Shown here in pieces: positions 1 through 13,697 of a DNA stretch of 49,825 nucleotides. A program made the translations under genes and the position numbers. The DNA lies in NCBI GenBank assembly GCA_000934665.2, contig KZ538748.1, positions 1 to 49,825 of the forward strand, written 5' to 3'. Numbering within the stretch: position 1 is the first letter of the stretch; every line of letters starts with the position of its first letter. The stretch comes from Catajapyx aquilonaris (lineage: Eukaryota). The notes beneath the pieces are model-generated. The model was not told where the DNA came from. It was given only the letters and a program-made list of their open reading frames with translations, and did not search any database.

Positions 1-319
1 CTCAACTCATGGTTGGGACTACCTGACACTATAGTTGTTTCATTTCTATCACCCCTGGAACATAGCCAGGACGGAAACTTTTGGCGCCTACCTCGTACCT
101 ACACATCTTGCACTTGTCAATGTATAGATTGATATTCATTTTGTCATGTTATGGACTGTGCCAGTGGGATTTGGAAGCAAATAGAAAATAATGTGCTGCA
201 ATGTATAATGACACATTTTTGTTCATAGCCAGGGTCATTAAGACATTGCATGTTGTTTCTTGCAAATACTGTACATTTTAATTTTTTTAACTCAGGCCCA
301 TTGGCTAATATGATTTTCT

Positions 320-365
320 AAAAAATTGTTAGATAAAAATTGTTAGATAAAAAATTGTTAGATAA
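320..365. repeat. Short tandem repeat, 3 copies of AAAAATTGTTAGAT
   Basis: Read directly: aaaaattgttagat aaaaattgttagat aaaaaattgttagat. Confidence 0.85.
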
Positions 366-1006
366 TGAAGATGAAGAACAAAATAAAGTATAAGCAAGTA
401 GTCTTTTCATCATTTCTCTCATATGGGAAAGGATTAGGCCCCAAGTTGCTTTTGAGTTGTGTTTTTGTATGTGATGCTAGACACTTTCAGAGATGTTGAT
501 GTATAGGTAATTTCCTGGTTATATGCAAGCACACATTCTGGGGATCACCAGCCAAAATTGATGTTGTTGGTATATGTGTGATGGCAGGAGTTGATGTAGT
601 TGTTGTTAGGAGGTGTTTCCAAGTTCTGTCAATGGGACTGATGATTTCAATACAGTACAATATTATGGCTCAGTTTTGGGGAGGATGCAGGTCTTTCTTT
701 GCCAAGGAAAACCATCTACCACATTGGTGAGGATCACTAGTAGCTCGTGGACAAATGCCAATTTTTTCTTATGTGTTGAGGTTGGTCTTTCTTCACCTAT
801 ATTGCCACAAGGAGAAACTCGACAGATTCTGAGATGTTACATGATTTTTCCTTGTGGCATCAGATCTGTGCTGTTTTTAGGCTACGGCTGCTGCTGATCA
901 GTATGGTTGTGACCAAATGAAATTTATGATGCCTTTTTTCTGCACTAACAAGCTATACATTGTTATACTGGTATAATAATAAATTCTTTAAATTTTGTCT
1001 TTACAG

Positions 1007-1106
1007 TGCCAGCAGTGATGACCCAGAGAAGGCAAGCCCATCTAGTCTGACAGAGAAGAGTTCCGATAGTCTGGACCCAAAAGCTACTGGCAGTTTAAAT
1101 GTATCG
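1007..1106 (+). CDS. PHLDB: Probable internal exon of the PHLDB/LL5-like gene (Ser-rich linker, ASSDDPEKASPSSLTEKSSDSLDPKATGSLNVS)
   Basis: Acceptor ttttgtctttacag|, donor TCG|gtaagt, open 1+33x3 nt, Ser-rich like PHLDB central regions. Assignment to this gene is inferred from strand and position, not a motif. Confidence 0.6.
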
Positions 1107-4100
1107 GTAAGTAGTTTTATTTGACTGGACTAGTTAGCACACAACCATGACTATATAGATGAAGCGGCTGAGGTCGCACCTGAGACCACCTGTCAGGTTG
1201 GGCAATGATTGGACAGTGAACTAGGGACTGTGAATAAGTCATTCATCCATCCCAAAGTGATGGCTTCAAGCCAGAGAGGAAGACCGCAAAAGAAAGGGTC
1301 GCGCTCAAGGAGCCTCTCGACCTGCCAACTGCAGCAAAAAAAAGAGAGAGAGAGAAGTTTCCATTCAAGGCGTAGCAGGACCTCCCTGTGCCAACACCAC
1401 CTTCACGTGGCCTGCAAGAAATCATGGGCATAGTCTGACTCCCTTGAACCTCATTGTCTCCCCGAGTAATACAGGCAGGCAGACTAATGAAGTCACGGCG
1501 TGTTCGAATGGCATGTAGTGAGCATTGACGTGGCGGGCGAGCCATGCTTGGGAAGTATCAGCCAGCATGGAGGAGGAGCAGACCATGTAATTAACATGCA
1601 TTGCCAAGGAACATGAGTTGCAGTGACGTGCTGATGAGAGTGTTGGAGGTGTGATGTTATGCAGTTGAAAGCGTGGCTCCCAACATTTTTTGTCGCCTTT
1701 GGAAGTAGGTGGGCGTGGGGTAGGGTGGGGACAGGCACGTTTGCGTCACTGCGGTTTCAGATGTGGCGAGGGTGGCCAAAGGGATGAAGGAAGGGTAATT
1801 TTAACGAGGCAGGAGTCGCGAGATGGAAAGGGGAAATGTGACCACACTGAAGGAGCTTTCATCTCCGGGACGTTTTTTTTCTTCTTCTTCTTCTTTTTGT
1901 AGCCGCCACCTTTCCTCTCTCTGGGTGTTTTCTGCGTGCCTCTCCAGAGTGGAAATATGGTCACGAACAAGGTCTAGTCCCGGAGTCTTAAAAGCTCCCA
2001 GCAGCCCCCATTCATCTGGCTACCTTTAGATCCCTTCCTCTGTTTGCTCGGAGTGAAACCATTGGGGGCTTTATGGGCGGTAGTGAGTCGGGAAGTAGCG
2101 AAAAAAGAAAAAGAAAATAATATGGAGGGGGAAAAAGGAAAAATAGTGCGAGCCGAGTTTGCGAAAAGGGCTTTTCAGATCAAGTGGTGTTTCCCAAGAG
2201 ATTCAGATGAGGGGGTTTTGTCTCCGGCCATAGTTTGCATGGCATTTAGGGCATTAGCTGGCTACCAAGAGGGGGGGGGGGNCTACCAAGAGGGGGGGGG
2301 GGGGCTGTAGGTCTGGGACGTCGAAGCCCTGTCATTGCCGGCCAGGAGCAAACGACACGTTGGCTCGAATTTGTATTGTTGCATACTACAGGCCACCTGA
2401 TTAGGATGCATGGGAGTGTCTGGCTGTGATTCCTGAGAATAGTCGGTGTATGAGATGGAAAGGGGAGTTTGCTAGGTGCGGTTATAGGTGGAGGCTTAGT
2501 CCCCAGTAATGAAGTTAATGCATGGTGAGACCAGAATGGGGGCAGGCCAAGATGCGGCAATAGTACTGGAGTGCAGCAGCATGCACGAGCAAGCCTTGCT
2601 TCCAGGAGATAAGACTGTCTCTCACCCGGCCCTCCTACCTGGTTGCTGCCTCTCGGCTAATGAAAGGGCTTACCGTGTTCCTCCTAATAGCTTGCAGCCC
2701 TATTTATTAGGGTTTGGCTATGGGGAGACACGCATGGCGGAGACGCAAAGACGCAGCCTTGGAGCATGACGGGTCACGTGCCTGATCGGACCTTGCATAA
2801 GGGCATTAGCCAAATGTTGGACCTTGTCGGCTTGAAAAAGCTGGATAAACATGTCGCGCTGTAAGGGGTCTGGAATGCCATTAAGAAGATGCGGATAGAG
2901 AGCTGTGCCAAACCGGAAAGAGCCATATGGAGGAATGGCGCATGTTTCCCAGAAGTCATTCGGATGGTGTTGATGCACCCTCCGAGGACAGCAGGCGCGA
3001 ATTGTAACTCACAGGCGGTCGGGTGATAGCCGCCATAATTCGCAATCACTATGCGTTTTCATCAATTCGGCTTGTCGCGCGGCGTTAATAATGTACTATG
3101 TGACCTCTCCTAGTTAGCCGTAATCCGATGGCTGCCACATGGAAAGACTAACGATGGCTTAGCGATGTAACTTGCAGCTCCAGTTGACATTATTAAGTAC
3201 CGGGAGCTTAAATTTATTTCGCAGTGACCTTTAAGTTCCCTGGCGGCTTGAACTTGCCACCGAAAGCTTTTAGGCTGGCTGGGAACATCTGGTTTCATAT
3301 ACGGAGGGAGATTTATCTAACCTCGCTGGACGCATAATTATTGCGGGAGACCCCCTAGTTCAAGCCGTTGCAACTATTGTTGTTTCGCGCCTGATTTTTC
3401 CCCCCCTCGGTGCAAAGCGGATGATAGTATTTGTTATGCAATCGAAGAGTGAATTCCGATAAATTTGGCTGCACCCCCGTTTTGGAAGCGGACGGGTATT
3501 GACATCATTGGGATTCTGCCTTTGTCATTGTTTGGCCCCCCGGAAGCGAGGATGGACCAAAGCCAGGAGGGTGTCCAGGTTCTATACGGTGACTGTATGT
3601 GTGCGTCTGTGTGTTTACATTGGCGGTAAAGGGATCTGACGCCGGCCGCCAAGCTCGCGGTGAATCTCATTGTGAAAATGCAATGCGAACGAGTCAACAT
3701 TGTCAACAAGAGACTAACAGCAACATGTTCTGCAAGTTTTATTGCTGTATACTGTATTCACAGGGGAGTTGTTGACAGTTATTCACATTCGCAGTGACTT
3801 TTTTGTGTGGATTTCGTGCCAGTGTTTTTCAACTTTTTTTGCTGTTCACGGCACACTTATACCTATAGTTGTTGTAGAAGCGTGGTACCAAAAAAACAAA
3901 ACAAAAACCGAATGATGGGTCTGAGCGTTGCACATTTGGAAGTGCAGTGTGCGGGAAATATTATAATTCGGACTTTTAATTGTGCCATGGTTGCAATGTT
4001 CTACATAATGATAATGGGTAGAATTATTGCGTAAAAATTATCGCCAATGGTAATTGCACTGCGGCGTTTTTAATCGAGTTAATGACATGTATTAGAAACT

Positions 4101-4798
4101 GCAATGTCGCAGTCTGTATTAGAAACATTAAAGGAACCTAATACCTCTTGGTTCAATGAACCATCTCATAAGATGTGCACCTGCTTTGTTCCCCCTAAGA
4201 TTGACTTACGCAGCGTAAGGGCGATGAATGAAGACCTTCCAAGGCTCTTATTTGTCTATGGCGTATACTTAGGGATGAACAAGAGACGCTTTCAATTTGC
4301 AGGTGAATGAATCAGTATTCCTCACGGCCACTGACCTGGCTTCTGTAAAAGGAGACACGAGGGAAATTGATTCAAAAAAGTCAGGTTATGTAGTTGAAAA
4401 AAATTCCAAGAGTTGTATCAGTGACATACGAGAGTTATTTCTAGCACCCAGTGGTACTAGCCAAATGGACTATACACAAGTTGTGTCAAAATACCGGCAG
4501 CTTGCAAGCGACTTTTCCCCAGGATTACCCCTTACCGGTTGTTGGGAATAACAGTACCGGAGTTGGGGAAAATCGAGGCAACATGGAGGCGAAATTTCTG
4601 GGGAAAACTAGATTGCCTGCAGAGTAATAACTATGATGCCGCAAACGCGAATTTCTACTTACAACCGACGACACCCTTGTGGCTTCTGGATGCTTTTCCT
4701 GGAAAGTTGCGTGACCTGCGTGTCCCTGACCTCCGCAAAAGAAAACACCGGGTGGAAGTGAGGTCTCCATACTCTCTTTTTTCTTTCTTTTTTTCCAG

Positions 4799-4829
4799 GG
4801 CTTTGCTGGGAAACGTGATCAATATTCAG
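4799..4829 (+). CDS. Candidate 31-nt exon (GFAGKRDQYS+G) bridging the phase gap in the PHLDB-like gene
   Basis: Long polypyrimidine acceptor (ctctcttttttctttctttttttccag|), donor CAG|gtgctt. Phase 0 in and phase 1 out, which is what joins exon 1007-1106 to exon 11045-11094. Donor is weak. Confidence 0.3.
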
Positions 4830-7800
4830 GTGCTTAGAGGACTCGGGTTTAGAGCGTTGCGTCGTACTTTATTAAGGGCCTGTCGTTAAGGTCTTTTCTC
4901 TCTCTAAGTGACGGCCCAGGTTGCCATCCTATCTCTCTCCTGCGGTATCCATATTTCAACACGGATTTTTTTTTGTTGGAAGTCATTTTATTACTAAAGA
5001 GGGCACGTCGGGTTGCGGCTTGTGGCGTTGTATCTCAATCAGGCCCATTTGCGGATTATGCGACATAGATGAGGCAAACAATTTAGCAGAAATATTGTAT
5101 ACGGACCGGCTGGACATTATAGGCAGGGTTGGTTAGGGTAGATCTATCCACTCCAAAATACAGGTTGCGTTTATGAAATGAAAAAAGACAGAAAGAGGTA
5201 AGAAAATTTTTGTTGGCGTCGTTTACGAGGAAGTGATTCTGGGTGTAGCAAGCAAACCCTAGCGAATTTGCGGCTGTTATTATGAGGCCAGGAGGCCGAA
5301 AAAGAAGCCCCCCTTCGCCCTGTTTCATGGGCTCGTAAAAAGATGGCCTCCTTGTTTATGGGTTTTTCCTATCAGTTGGGAAGGCGTGGAAGCTTTATCC
5401 ATCATCCTTCGCGGACTCTCCTTCCCCGTTTATCTTATCTGCTGCCAGATCCCTTGACATGGGAGTTTTGCCACTGGCCTCATCTCCAGCCGCCTCTTGA
5501 ATCCGCGTGGTGTGACCCTGCCCGGGTGTAGAAAAGTTGAGGGCTAATTGCGGTGGTGGAGGTCAGTGAGGAAGAAGTATGGATGGGGCCATTGGGCTCA
5601 GGGCCAAATGGCCCCCCGATTGGCGAGGACAAGGTAAATACTGTCACAATTCGTCCTGAAGGATGGGTCCAACTGGGACCAGACGGGCTTGTTTGGTACA
5701 TCACAGCCAAAGTGAAAGTTGGGGGTCAATTATGGGCATACTATTGATTGGGAGGGCTAATTAGCCGGATTATCGTGCGTCCATGGTGATTTGAGATTCT
5801 GCGGGGCCTAACCGGATTAGAAGCATAGAATCTATTATCGGTGTCTTATCTGGCCGGACTGTGCTATCAGGTTCAGAACACACCGCTGGAAATCGGTTAC
5901 CCTAAAGCCTCTTACTTTGCGACATGATTGCAGTTATTATCGCTTCGCTTTTGTCAACCGGTGGTTAGGATTGACTGACACACCAGCGCTGGTCCGCCCG
6001 GGAAAAAGGTGGGTGGAGCCATCGCCATGCCGAACACGATAGACGTAATTACACATGGTCACCAAATTAATCGGGCACTAAACATAGAATATAACAACCG
6101 GTGTTGAGGGTCGGCCACTTCACGCCAATTTACGCAGCAAAGAGGACCAGTTTGCAGCTCGTACACCGGACACGCCAATTTATTTCGTTTGGGATCAAAC
6201 CTGCGCGGATTGGGATGCGTTGAAGTAGGTGCGACAACTCGGTTGAGTGGAAAGTCCGTTAGCTCAAACCATTGTCGTCGCACCAATATTCCCCGGGCAA
6301 ACCCCCCGGAATTACACCGAGTAAACATCGGTGGTGAATCAGCCGGTTCGAAATCTCGTGGCAGCCGGGAGAAAAAGACAGTATTTTTAGTTGACCTTGT
6401 GAAGTAAACCAATAGGCTCCTTGTTTGTGACTTTGGCCGTGTCCATATGTATAGTTGTTGTTTTTTTTGTGCAGGTTTGGGAATGCGCCTTCACCCTGGC
6501 AATATAATTAGCGCGTATTTTTCGGATGTCTGTAACAGCCATGCTAAATTGAGAATTGAACGCTGTCTCAGTTGGAGCTGGAACAGGGCTAGATTGATGA
6601 GTCAGCTGGGAAAGGAGGGTTGCCCTTCGAGAAGGATAACTAGAGTGGACGTCAATGGGAGCTAGGGTCAGGGGAAAGCGGTATCATCTGGACTCTGTGC
6701 ATGACGAGATCAGCATGCGGATTTTTTTTATTGTTATTTTTATTTTACAAACGCCTTTTGTAAGTGACAGTCGCGAAATCTTGCCAAAGCCAACAAAAGG
6801 TGCGTTTACGTAAGTGGTTTGGTATCTATAGGTACCTGTGGCATTTGTCCATGTTGGCTCCACGTCGTACTGAACGAAATAGCATTCCGATGGCTTTGCG
6901 AAAAATTCCGTGGCTGATGAACAGGCTATCGTCGCCTGTCATCAGGCTCTCTACGGATCTGAAGTTGAGATCTGATGCGAGAAAAAAAATGTGACGAGTC
7001 AGCTAGCGACACCATTTTCTGTTTCCTATAGGAGTGTCCTTCCGAGAGCGCAATATTTGCAGTGGGTGAGTGGGTCTGGGTTGATTCGGGAGGGGCACAT
7101 TTTTGTCATTTGCGGCGGACGGCAAGGTCTTGGCTCGAAACACCGTTCCGGCGAATGCCTAGCGAGGTGTTTGAAAGCGTGCTGCTAGCCTATAGCCGGT
7201 CGTCCCATTTCCTCCTGGACAGAGTACAGGTCCTTCGTCCGGGAGCAGAGCCAGCGGAAATAAGTTATTGCCTCTCTGATTCATCATTGGAAGCGCACCC
7301 TCCCCAACCTCCCGACCTCTTTTGTCCGTGACAGCAACCGGTCCTCGTGTTAGTTAATTCGCTTCTGGCTGGAGCAGTGGCCGACATCAAAAAAACGTTC
7401 CCTTGTCAGGTAAATTTTGTACATATGTCAGGCAGAGTCTGGTAGTATGTAAGCCCAGGGCGCGGTTCTGCATTCGTTAGAGCACCCTGCTCCGAAAAAG
7501 AGTTGATTGATGGTCCGAAGCCCACGCCCCACGGCTGATTAGGCCGTTTCCCAACCAGCACAGGATGTTTGTAGGTGGCGAAACACCCCTTGCCGTGGAC
7601 TCTTCCTCAGAGTCAAATGCGTTGCTAGCGAAGCTTCCCCTGGTGCGGGTGTGGTGGGCGGTGGTGGCTCCTATATGCACCTGTGACCGCATGAGAGGTG
7701 TCGGCCTCCGGAATGGCTGAGGGTTGGATGTGGTAGCCTGGTCGAGGGCTGGACCCACTTTTCTTGCCTTCCTTTCCCGGCCCAAGCGGTCCCTGTTGGG

Positions 7801-10800
7801 ATCTTCCTGGCTCCAGACCCATACACCCCACTATTTCGCATTACTGCCGGGGGTGGCCTTCTCAAGAGAGCAACGGAGATGTCTCTGGTTTGGATGAACT
7901 TTGTCAAGACTCGGTGTCCTAAGAGGAATAAAAAAGGGGTGAGTCCGGACGTGTGCGAGCATTAACCCCCTTGTGTGTTACTAACTGTCAGCCGTTTTCA
8001 AATGAGGAAATCAGTGACAGTAATGTATGCTGTTTAGAACGTTGCGCAAGTACATCCAAATGCAACGGGTTGGCATTCATACATAATGAGATGGTAATGA
8101 AGAATGCAATAAGTGAACTCCCGGCGTGAAGCATGCATTATTGAATCAAGTCCGGGATGTTGCAGTGTGTTGACGTGGTGTTGACAATGAAAATCAGACT
8201 GGGGAAGGACACGTGTTTGGTTTGGGTGTGACGTTGCAAATTTTTGGAAAATTGGGGTGGGTTGCGGTCTGGATNNNNNNNNNNNNNGGGTGAAACGTCG
8301 GGAGATTTATAACGAAGCTACTGTGCACTAACGAGGCCGCGAATGCCCCCACCGTCTTTTATTGCTCCGGGTTGTTCCATCATTTCGAACTGTAATTGGC
8401 TTTCGACAGAATTTCCTGGGCTCCTCATTATGCACATGGCCAGCTAGTTGTTCAGACTTGTCTTGTGGAGTATATACGGTACCTTGGCCGTTGTTGTCCC
8501 TCGGCAGCATACGGATCAATGGATCAATCGATATCAGGCGAGAGAGTATAGGGGGGATGTTATGGCGTCGTTCTTGATGCAACCAGCAAAGTAGCAGTCG
8601 TTAATGTCATTATAGGGCTGGGGGCAGACCCCTCGACAGTGGGTCTCTCCCGGGGTATCCCGCGTCGGGGATGGTGGTAACACATGCCACAAATGACTGA
8701 AGATAAGGACGTCTGGTTGCACCTTGGGGTGCGTGATGAGGTGTACGCATGTCGGTATTTCCCTTTGTGCCAACTTGGGGGGCGGTGAATCGGGTTTCTT
8801 AGGGTGTGTAATACGTTAGGAAATCAGATAAGGAGCAACCGATTGCGTCCTTGAACGTCATTCCGACTGTAATTTTTTTTTGTCTTGTCTCGTCTAGCTA
8901 CCGTATAAGTGTTCATCTCCTGCATCCTTCCGCCGTCTTCCTTCCACGTCTCATCATCATATTTGAATTACAAATCCCGTGCATTGCAAATGTGCCTGTG
9001 CCTGGGACTCGCTTCTTCAACACTATTATCTCGCCAGTTTTCCATGAGATGTAGGTTCTGCTATAGGCACTCAACCTTCTCCGGTACGCGATCCTTCTCC
9101 CGGAAGAAGACTGGGTTTCTTTACCAAGTGGTACAAACAGCTAGTCAGTCGTGTCAGGGGTAGTTAGAGCCCGAGTTTCAACAATCTGGATAGGGGGCGT
9201 GGCCTGGTAATTGTCATGTCGAATCATATTTAGGAAACTTTAAGAGCTAATATGAAGGATCGTGGTAACCAGTCCGTGATATTTACCAGGCCACGCCCCT
9301 CTATAGCAAGATTGCGAGCTGCATTGTTCCCTATTTTTTGCTTGTTCTTCATGGCCGACCACCGTGGGCGACACCGCAAGCCGCAGCAAAATCGAGGCAT
9401 TTTATCCCTCATTATTTCGCGTTTCTGTTCCGCTGTGGGAGGGACGTGTTGTGGACCCTGATTTACAACCTGTTTATTGCAGTCGGGCAAAAGCTTTATA
9501 TCCTCGTAATCATTTAATGATTTTCACCGACGACTGCAACCGGTGGAAATTTGCCATCCGTTAATGATTGCGACGTTACTCGCATTCATTAGGCCACTGA
9601 TAACCGCTTATGGAGGGAGCCAATTGGTAATCCTCCGCATCTGGTGATTACCAACTCTAGGAATCAGAAGTCTAGCGTCGCTCCCTAAAAGCTTCCTTGA
9701 GTCGGGCCTTGAGAAGTATTGATGGTCTAGCCTGGGTGGGTGGGTTGGGGCGGGCTAACTGGGATGTAAGAGCTGCGGCTCTCCTCAAGAGCTTGTGGAT
9801 GTCAGGCATGTGCCAATTTCATGTGATGCGCCTTGAATAGGAGAGGCGGGCCAGGGAAAAGGAGGGAAATACTGATATGAAATTGGAGAACTGTCGGAGC
9901 CCTGGTACGCGGCCACAAGGTTCGTCGGCAGGCAGCGAGAATAAGCTGATTATGTGCTGATGCGTGGATTTTGGGGACTGCTTGGCTGACGTGTAATCGG
10001 GCCGACAGTAGACATCGTCTCACTCCCGGGGTGTTTTTTTTTTTTTTTTTGTAGGGCTTGAAACATGGCGGGGAAAAAGCCACTTTGAGTTTGATCCTAT
10101 TATGATGCATGCTGGGGAGGAAAAGCCGACTGTTTGGGGAACTGTATAATCTTTGTGTTACGGCTGCAGGTTCATTATGAGTGGTGGTAATTGACTTTGA
10201 ACTATTTTTTGGGGGGAGCTGTCCGAGTCTGGTTGGATGTGCGGTTGGACCGCAGTTTCGACACCTCGCAAAGTTGCGGGAGGAGGGGTCTAGCAAGTGC
10301 GATGATAACATTTTTTTTGCGAGTCCCCGCCCCCTGCTGCTTGCGAGAGGTCCTAAATTGTACGGACTAGTGTCGGCGTCCCCTGCGTGTGACGGGGGTT
10401 GGTTTTCTATATATAGCCGAACTTATCTGAGATGTCGTACACGGCCGGATGCATAATTCGGCTCTTACGTCGGACAAGCCAGGCGGCGATTACCAGGGCG
10501 GGCTAATCTCCCGGTGAACCCTGTAGGGGCGGAGTTTGATTCATCAACACCAGGACACAAGCGGTGATTGTCAGTTTGTTGCGAACGCGCACGGAAGACA
10601 TGTGCGTATATCAGTTCCAGGAGTATGTCACAGGGATAAGAGCGGCGATGCATATCCAGAGTGCATTGACACGGAGATAAGGTGTAACCCGTTGAATGAC
10701 ATATGTGGAGCATGATGAACACCGGTGTGTTGACTGAAAGCGATAGGGGGTAGGTTTGTGCCCCGGGGCGAAGTTATGCACACAGTCACGTGATTCCTGC

Positions 10801-11044
10801 AGATGGTGACGCGGAAATGGGGTCACGGCGTGTTTTCTGCATGGTTTGACCTCCGGTACGAGGCCTTTTGCCGGCTTGACATCAGCAGAGCTCGTGCACA
10901 CACAAGGGAGTTAAAAGCAAAATAGTGGGAAGTAGCGGTCGGATCGTGCAGTGGGCTCCGGTCACTTGTGCAGTACGGGGTTTGAACCGGGGGACAGTGA
11001 AGGTGGAATTAGGTTTTGCGACGGTGTATTTTTTCCTGTTTCAG

Positions 11045-11094
11045 ATTTAGAAACGGAGAACAATGCCAAGATGGCGCTGACAGCTTTAGAGCGC
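11045..11094 (+). CDS. PHLDB: Probable internal exon of the PHLDB-like gene ((D)LETENNAKMALTALER)
   Basis: Acceptor ttttttcctgtttcag|, donor CGC|gtatgc, 2+16x3 nt, helical/coiled-coil-like peptide, ends phase 0 to match the next exon. Confidence 0.55.
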
Positions 11095-11970
11095 GTATGC
11101 ACATAGATTCCTGAGCGTTCATTGCTGATGTAAGTTGCGAATGATTCAGGCGCGCTATTTTTAGCACGTGGCTTTCATATCGTGGCAACGTGATAAGGAC
11201 GGGTCGTGTTGTTGCCGGGGTGTGACCTCAACAGTCATGTTTGGCGATCCGTTCATGCTGTACTTGCACCCGCAGGTGAGTTTGTGTATGGGAAGGTCAT
11301 CATGTGACGTTGGTTTGGATGACGTGAGGAAAGTCGTAAAAGATAAAGGAATTTGAATGTTTGCTACTATAATGGCAAATGGATCAATGAAGGTGATGAA
11401 CTGGGATATATGCTGATACGGTCCGGAGACAACATTTAATTACGTGTTACATTTATATGGGTTGCGAATTGGCCAAGCATAACATGGTCAGCTGGAAATC
11501 ATTGTGTCAGAAACATGGGCCCGCGTTGATTGGAATTGGGTTGGTTCCCGCATTGACAATAATTATGATCCCAAGCGACAGTTTTGGCCGAATATTTCCG
11601 ACCAATTAGAGACCTTTTTGTCGGGCGCCAGCTGCCTCTTAAGTTTTTGGCCATGTCCTGGCCTCCGGCGACATTTTGATGGGCCGCCAGGCGACAAAAA
11701 GCTGTCCGCGAGTCGGTTGTTCTCTCGACTCGGGCCGTATCTTTGTATGCAGACAAAAGCCCGGGTCCTCCTCACAGCACTTTGGTGCAAATTCGTGAGA
11801 AAAAGTTTCTGTCCCATTTGCCGAAAATTGCCCAACCTCACAGAAATCCATAAGTAGGAGGAGGAAGAGGGGAAGGAAAAGTGGAAGGAGAGAGAGACTG
11901 AAGATCCGTCTGATTCCACAGGAATTTTCTTTCTTCTTATATTTTTTTTTGTCCTCTTCTTTTCCGGCAG

Positions 11971-12087
11971 ATGCGGCAGAAGGAGCAGATGCTGCAGCAG
12001 AATCTAGAAGAAACGCGTCCTCTCTCCGACGCCTCTTCCTGCGACGATCAATTCGTGGTCAAACTGAGGGAGAAGTCCAAGCTGCAG
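11971..12087 (+). CDS. PHLDB: PHLDB-like exon (MRQKEQMLQQNLEETRPLSDASSCDDQFVVKLREKSKLQ)
   Basis: Acceptor cttcttttccggcag|, donor CAG|gtaaat, 117 nt phase 0-0. Ends VKLREK, resembling the segment before RPLTRYLP in PHLDB proteins. Confidence 0.8.
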
Positions 12088-13664
12088 GTAAATGACCCCT
12101 TGTACATGGTTGATTAGCTTGAGGAAGGCGTAGGAACAAACCTCGGCATGTATCTCACGTGGTTTGATTATTGCAACAGTATAAGAGGAGGAGTTGGGGG
12201 TTGCATATACGCCTTATCTGCACGACCGCAATTCCATTAATGCTTGGTATGAATACCAAGGAGCGGCCAGGAGTACTTGGGTAGGGCATGGAAATTAAGA
12301 AGCCAGAAATGCTGGCGGAATACCCATCCTCAGAAACAGGTCCTCCGGTACCCTTCCTTTATGAGAGGATTTCCCTGGAAATTCTGGCGGTCGTGCAGAC
12401 GGATTTCTGGAATCACCAAGAGGATGTAGAAAATTCGGGTTTGCATAATGCCCTGGGTGCTGTGGAGGGGAAATCCATATCTTTTTTTTAAAAAAATGAG
12501 CGACATGCTTGAAACAATAGGCTGGACGATAATCCGGCGAAAAATAAATGTCCTTCCAACAAATATAGTGCTGGGGGTCCTATTAGCAAGAGGCGTGTTG
12601 GAAGCCCCACCTTGATACCCCCGCCGTGTTTTACGCAGACAGTAATGCAATTATGTTGAAAATTGAAGCGGGTGTGCATTTACCACGCTAGAGCTATGAT
12701 TTATTAATTTGGCGGCCCTAAATAAAGGGGAGTGAGGTGTGGGGTGTAACGGTTCGGAAGGCGCGATGTCGTTGTTTGCCGGGCGATAAATCAGATTTTC
12801 CCTCAGCAAGAGAGAGAGAACACTATGCAAATTGGTCAATTTGAGTAGGATTACAGACGGGCCCCGTATTTGTCAGTTTGCACCAGGCATGCCTCCTTAT
12901 ATCCTCCCACAGCACCCGCCATGAATATCACAAACCCTTGCCTGTAGGGAGGAGTGGGGGGGGNNNNNNNNNNNNNNNNNNNNNNNNNNNNNNNNNNNNN
13001 NNNNNNNNNNNNNNNNNNNNNNNNNNNNNNNNNNNNNNNNNNNNNNNNNNNNNNNNNNNNNNNNNNNNNNNNNNNNNNNNNNNNNNNNNNNNNNNNNNNN
13101 NNNNNNNNNNNNNNNNNNNNNNNNNNNNNNNNNNNNNNNNNNNNNNNNNNNNNNNNNNNNNNNNNNNNNNNNNNNNNNNNNNNNNNNNNNNNNNNNNNNN
13201 NNNNNNNNNNNNNNNGGGGGGACTTCCACGCCCTATCCCCGGGGCCGTTTTCTTCTCGTCGGGCCTGCTCCTGCTCCTCCGTCTTCTTAACTTCCCGGCT
13301 CCGAATGGAATTTTGACAGGGAGGGGTATCAGGGGGTGTTCAACTAGCGGGAAAATATAGTAAAAAGTGGCGAAATAGTGGGTCGGAGACCTAGCTGATT
13401 TTCCTTCGGGCGTATGTTAAAGCGCCGTTTCCGGAGAGGGGTTTTCTTATCGCGGAGTTTAAGAGTGCGACAAGGAAGGAAGTGTATCATCTGCAGGGCT
13501 CGGACTGGGCCTGTCACTGAACCCATAAAGCCTGAAATGTCAGGAGAGGAGTAGGCCGCCAGGGTGGCTCTAACGAGCTTGAAAACAGCCTACTTTTTTT
13601 TTTTTTTTTGGTATGTCTGAGAAGTGGACTTTTTAAAAAAATTTGCCCTCGATTTCTGTTGCAG

Positions 13665-13697
13665 AAACTGCAGGACCTTAAAGTACTTGCCGAGAAG
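13665..13697 (+). CDS. PHLDB: Candidate 33-nt in-frame microexon (KLQDLKVLAEK) of the PHLDB-like gene
   Basis: Acceptor tttctgttgcag|, donor AAG|gtcagt, 11 stop-free codons, phase 0-0 between two phase-0 exons. Confidence 0.5.

Noticed and set aside
1209..1520. Purine-rich, coding-looking stretch
   Set aside because: The frames I checked hit stops, and there is no good acceptor site.
2261..2304. Direct repeat CTACCAAGA(G)n
   Set aside because: Straddles a single N; probably an unmerged contig overlap.
12878..13360. Long ORFs with X runs
   Set aside because: Artefacts of the N gap at 12964-13215.
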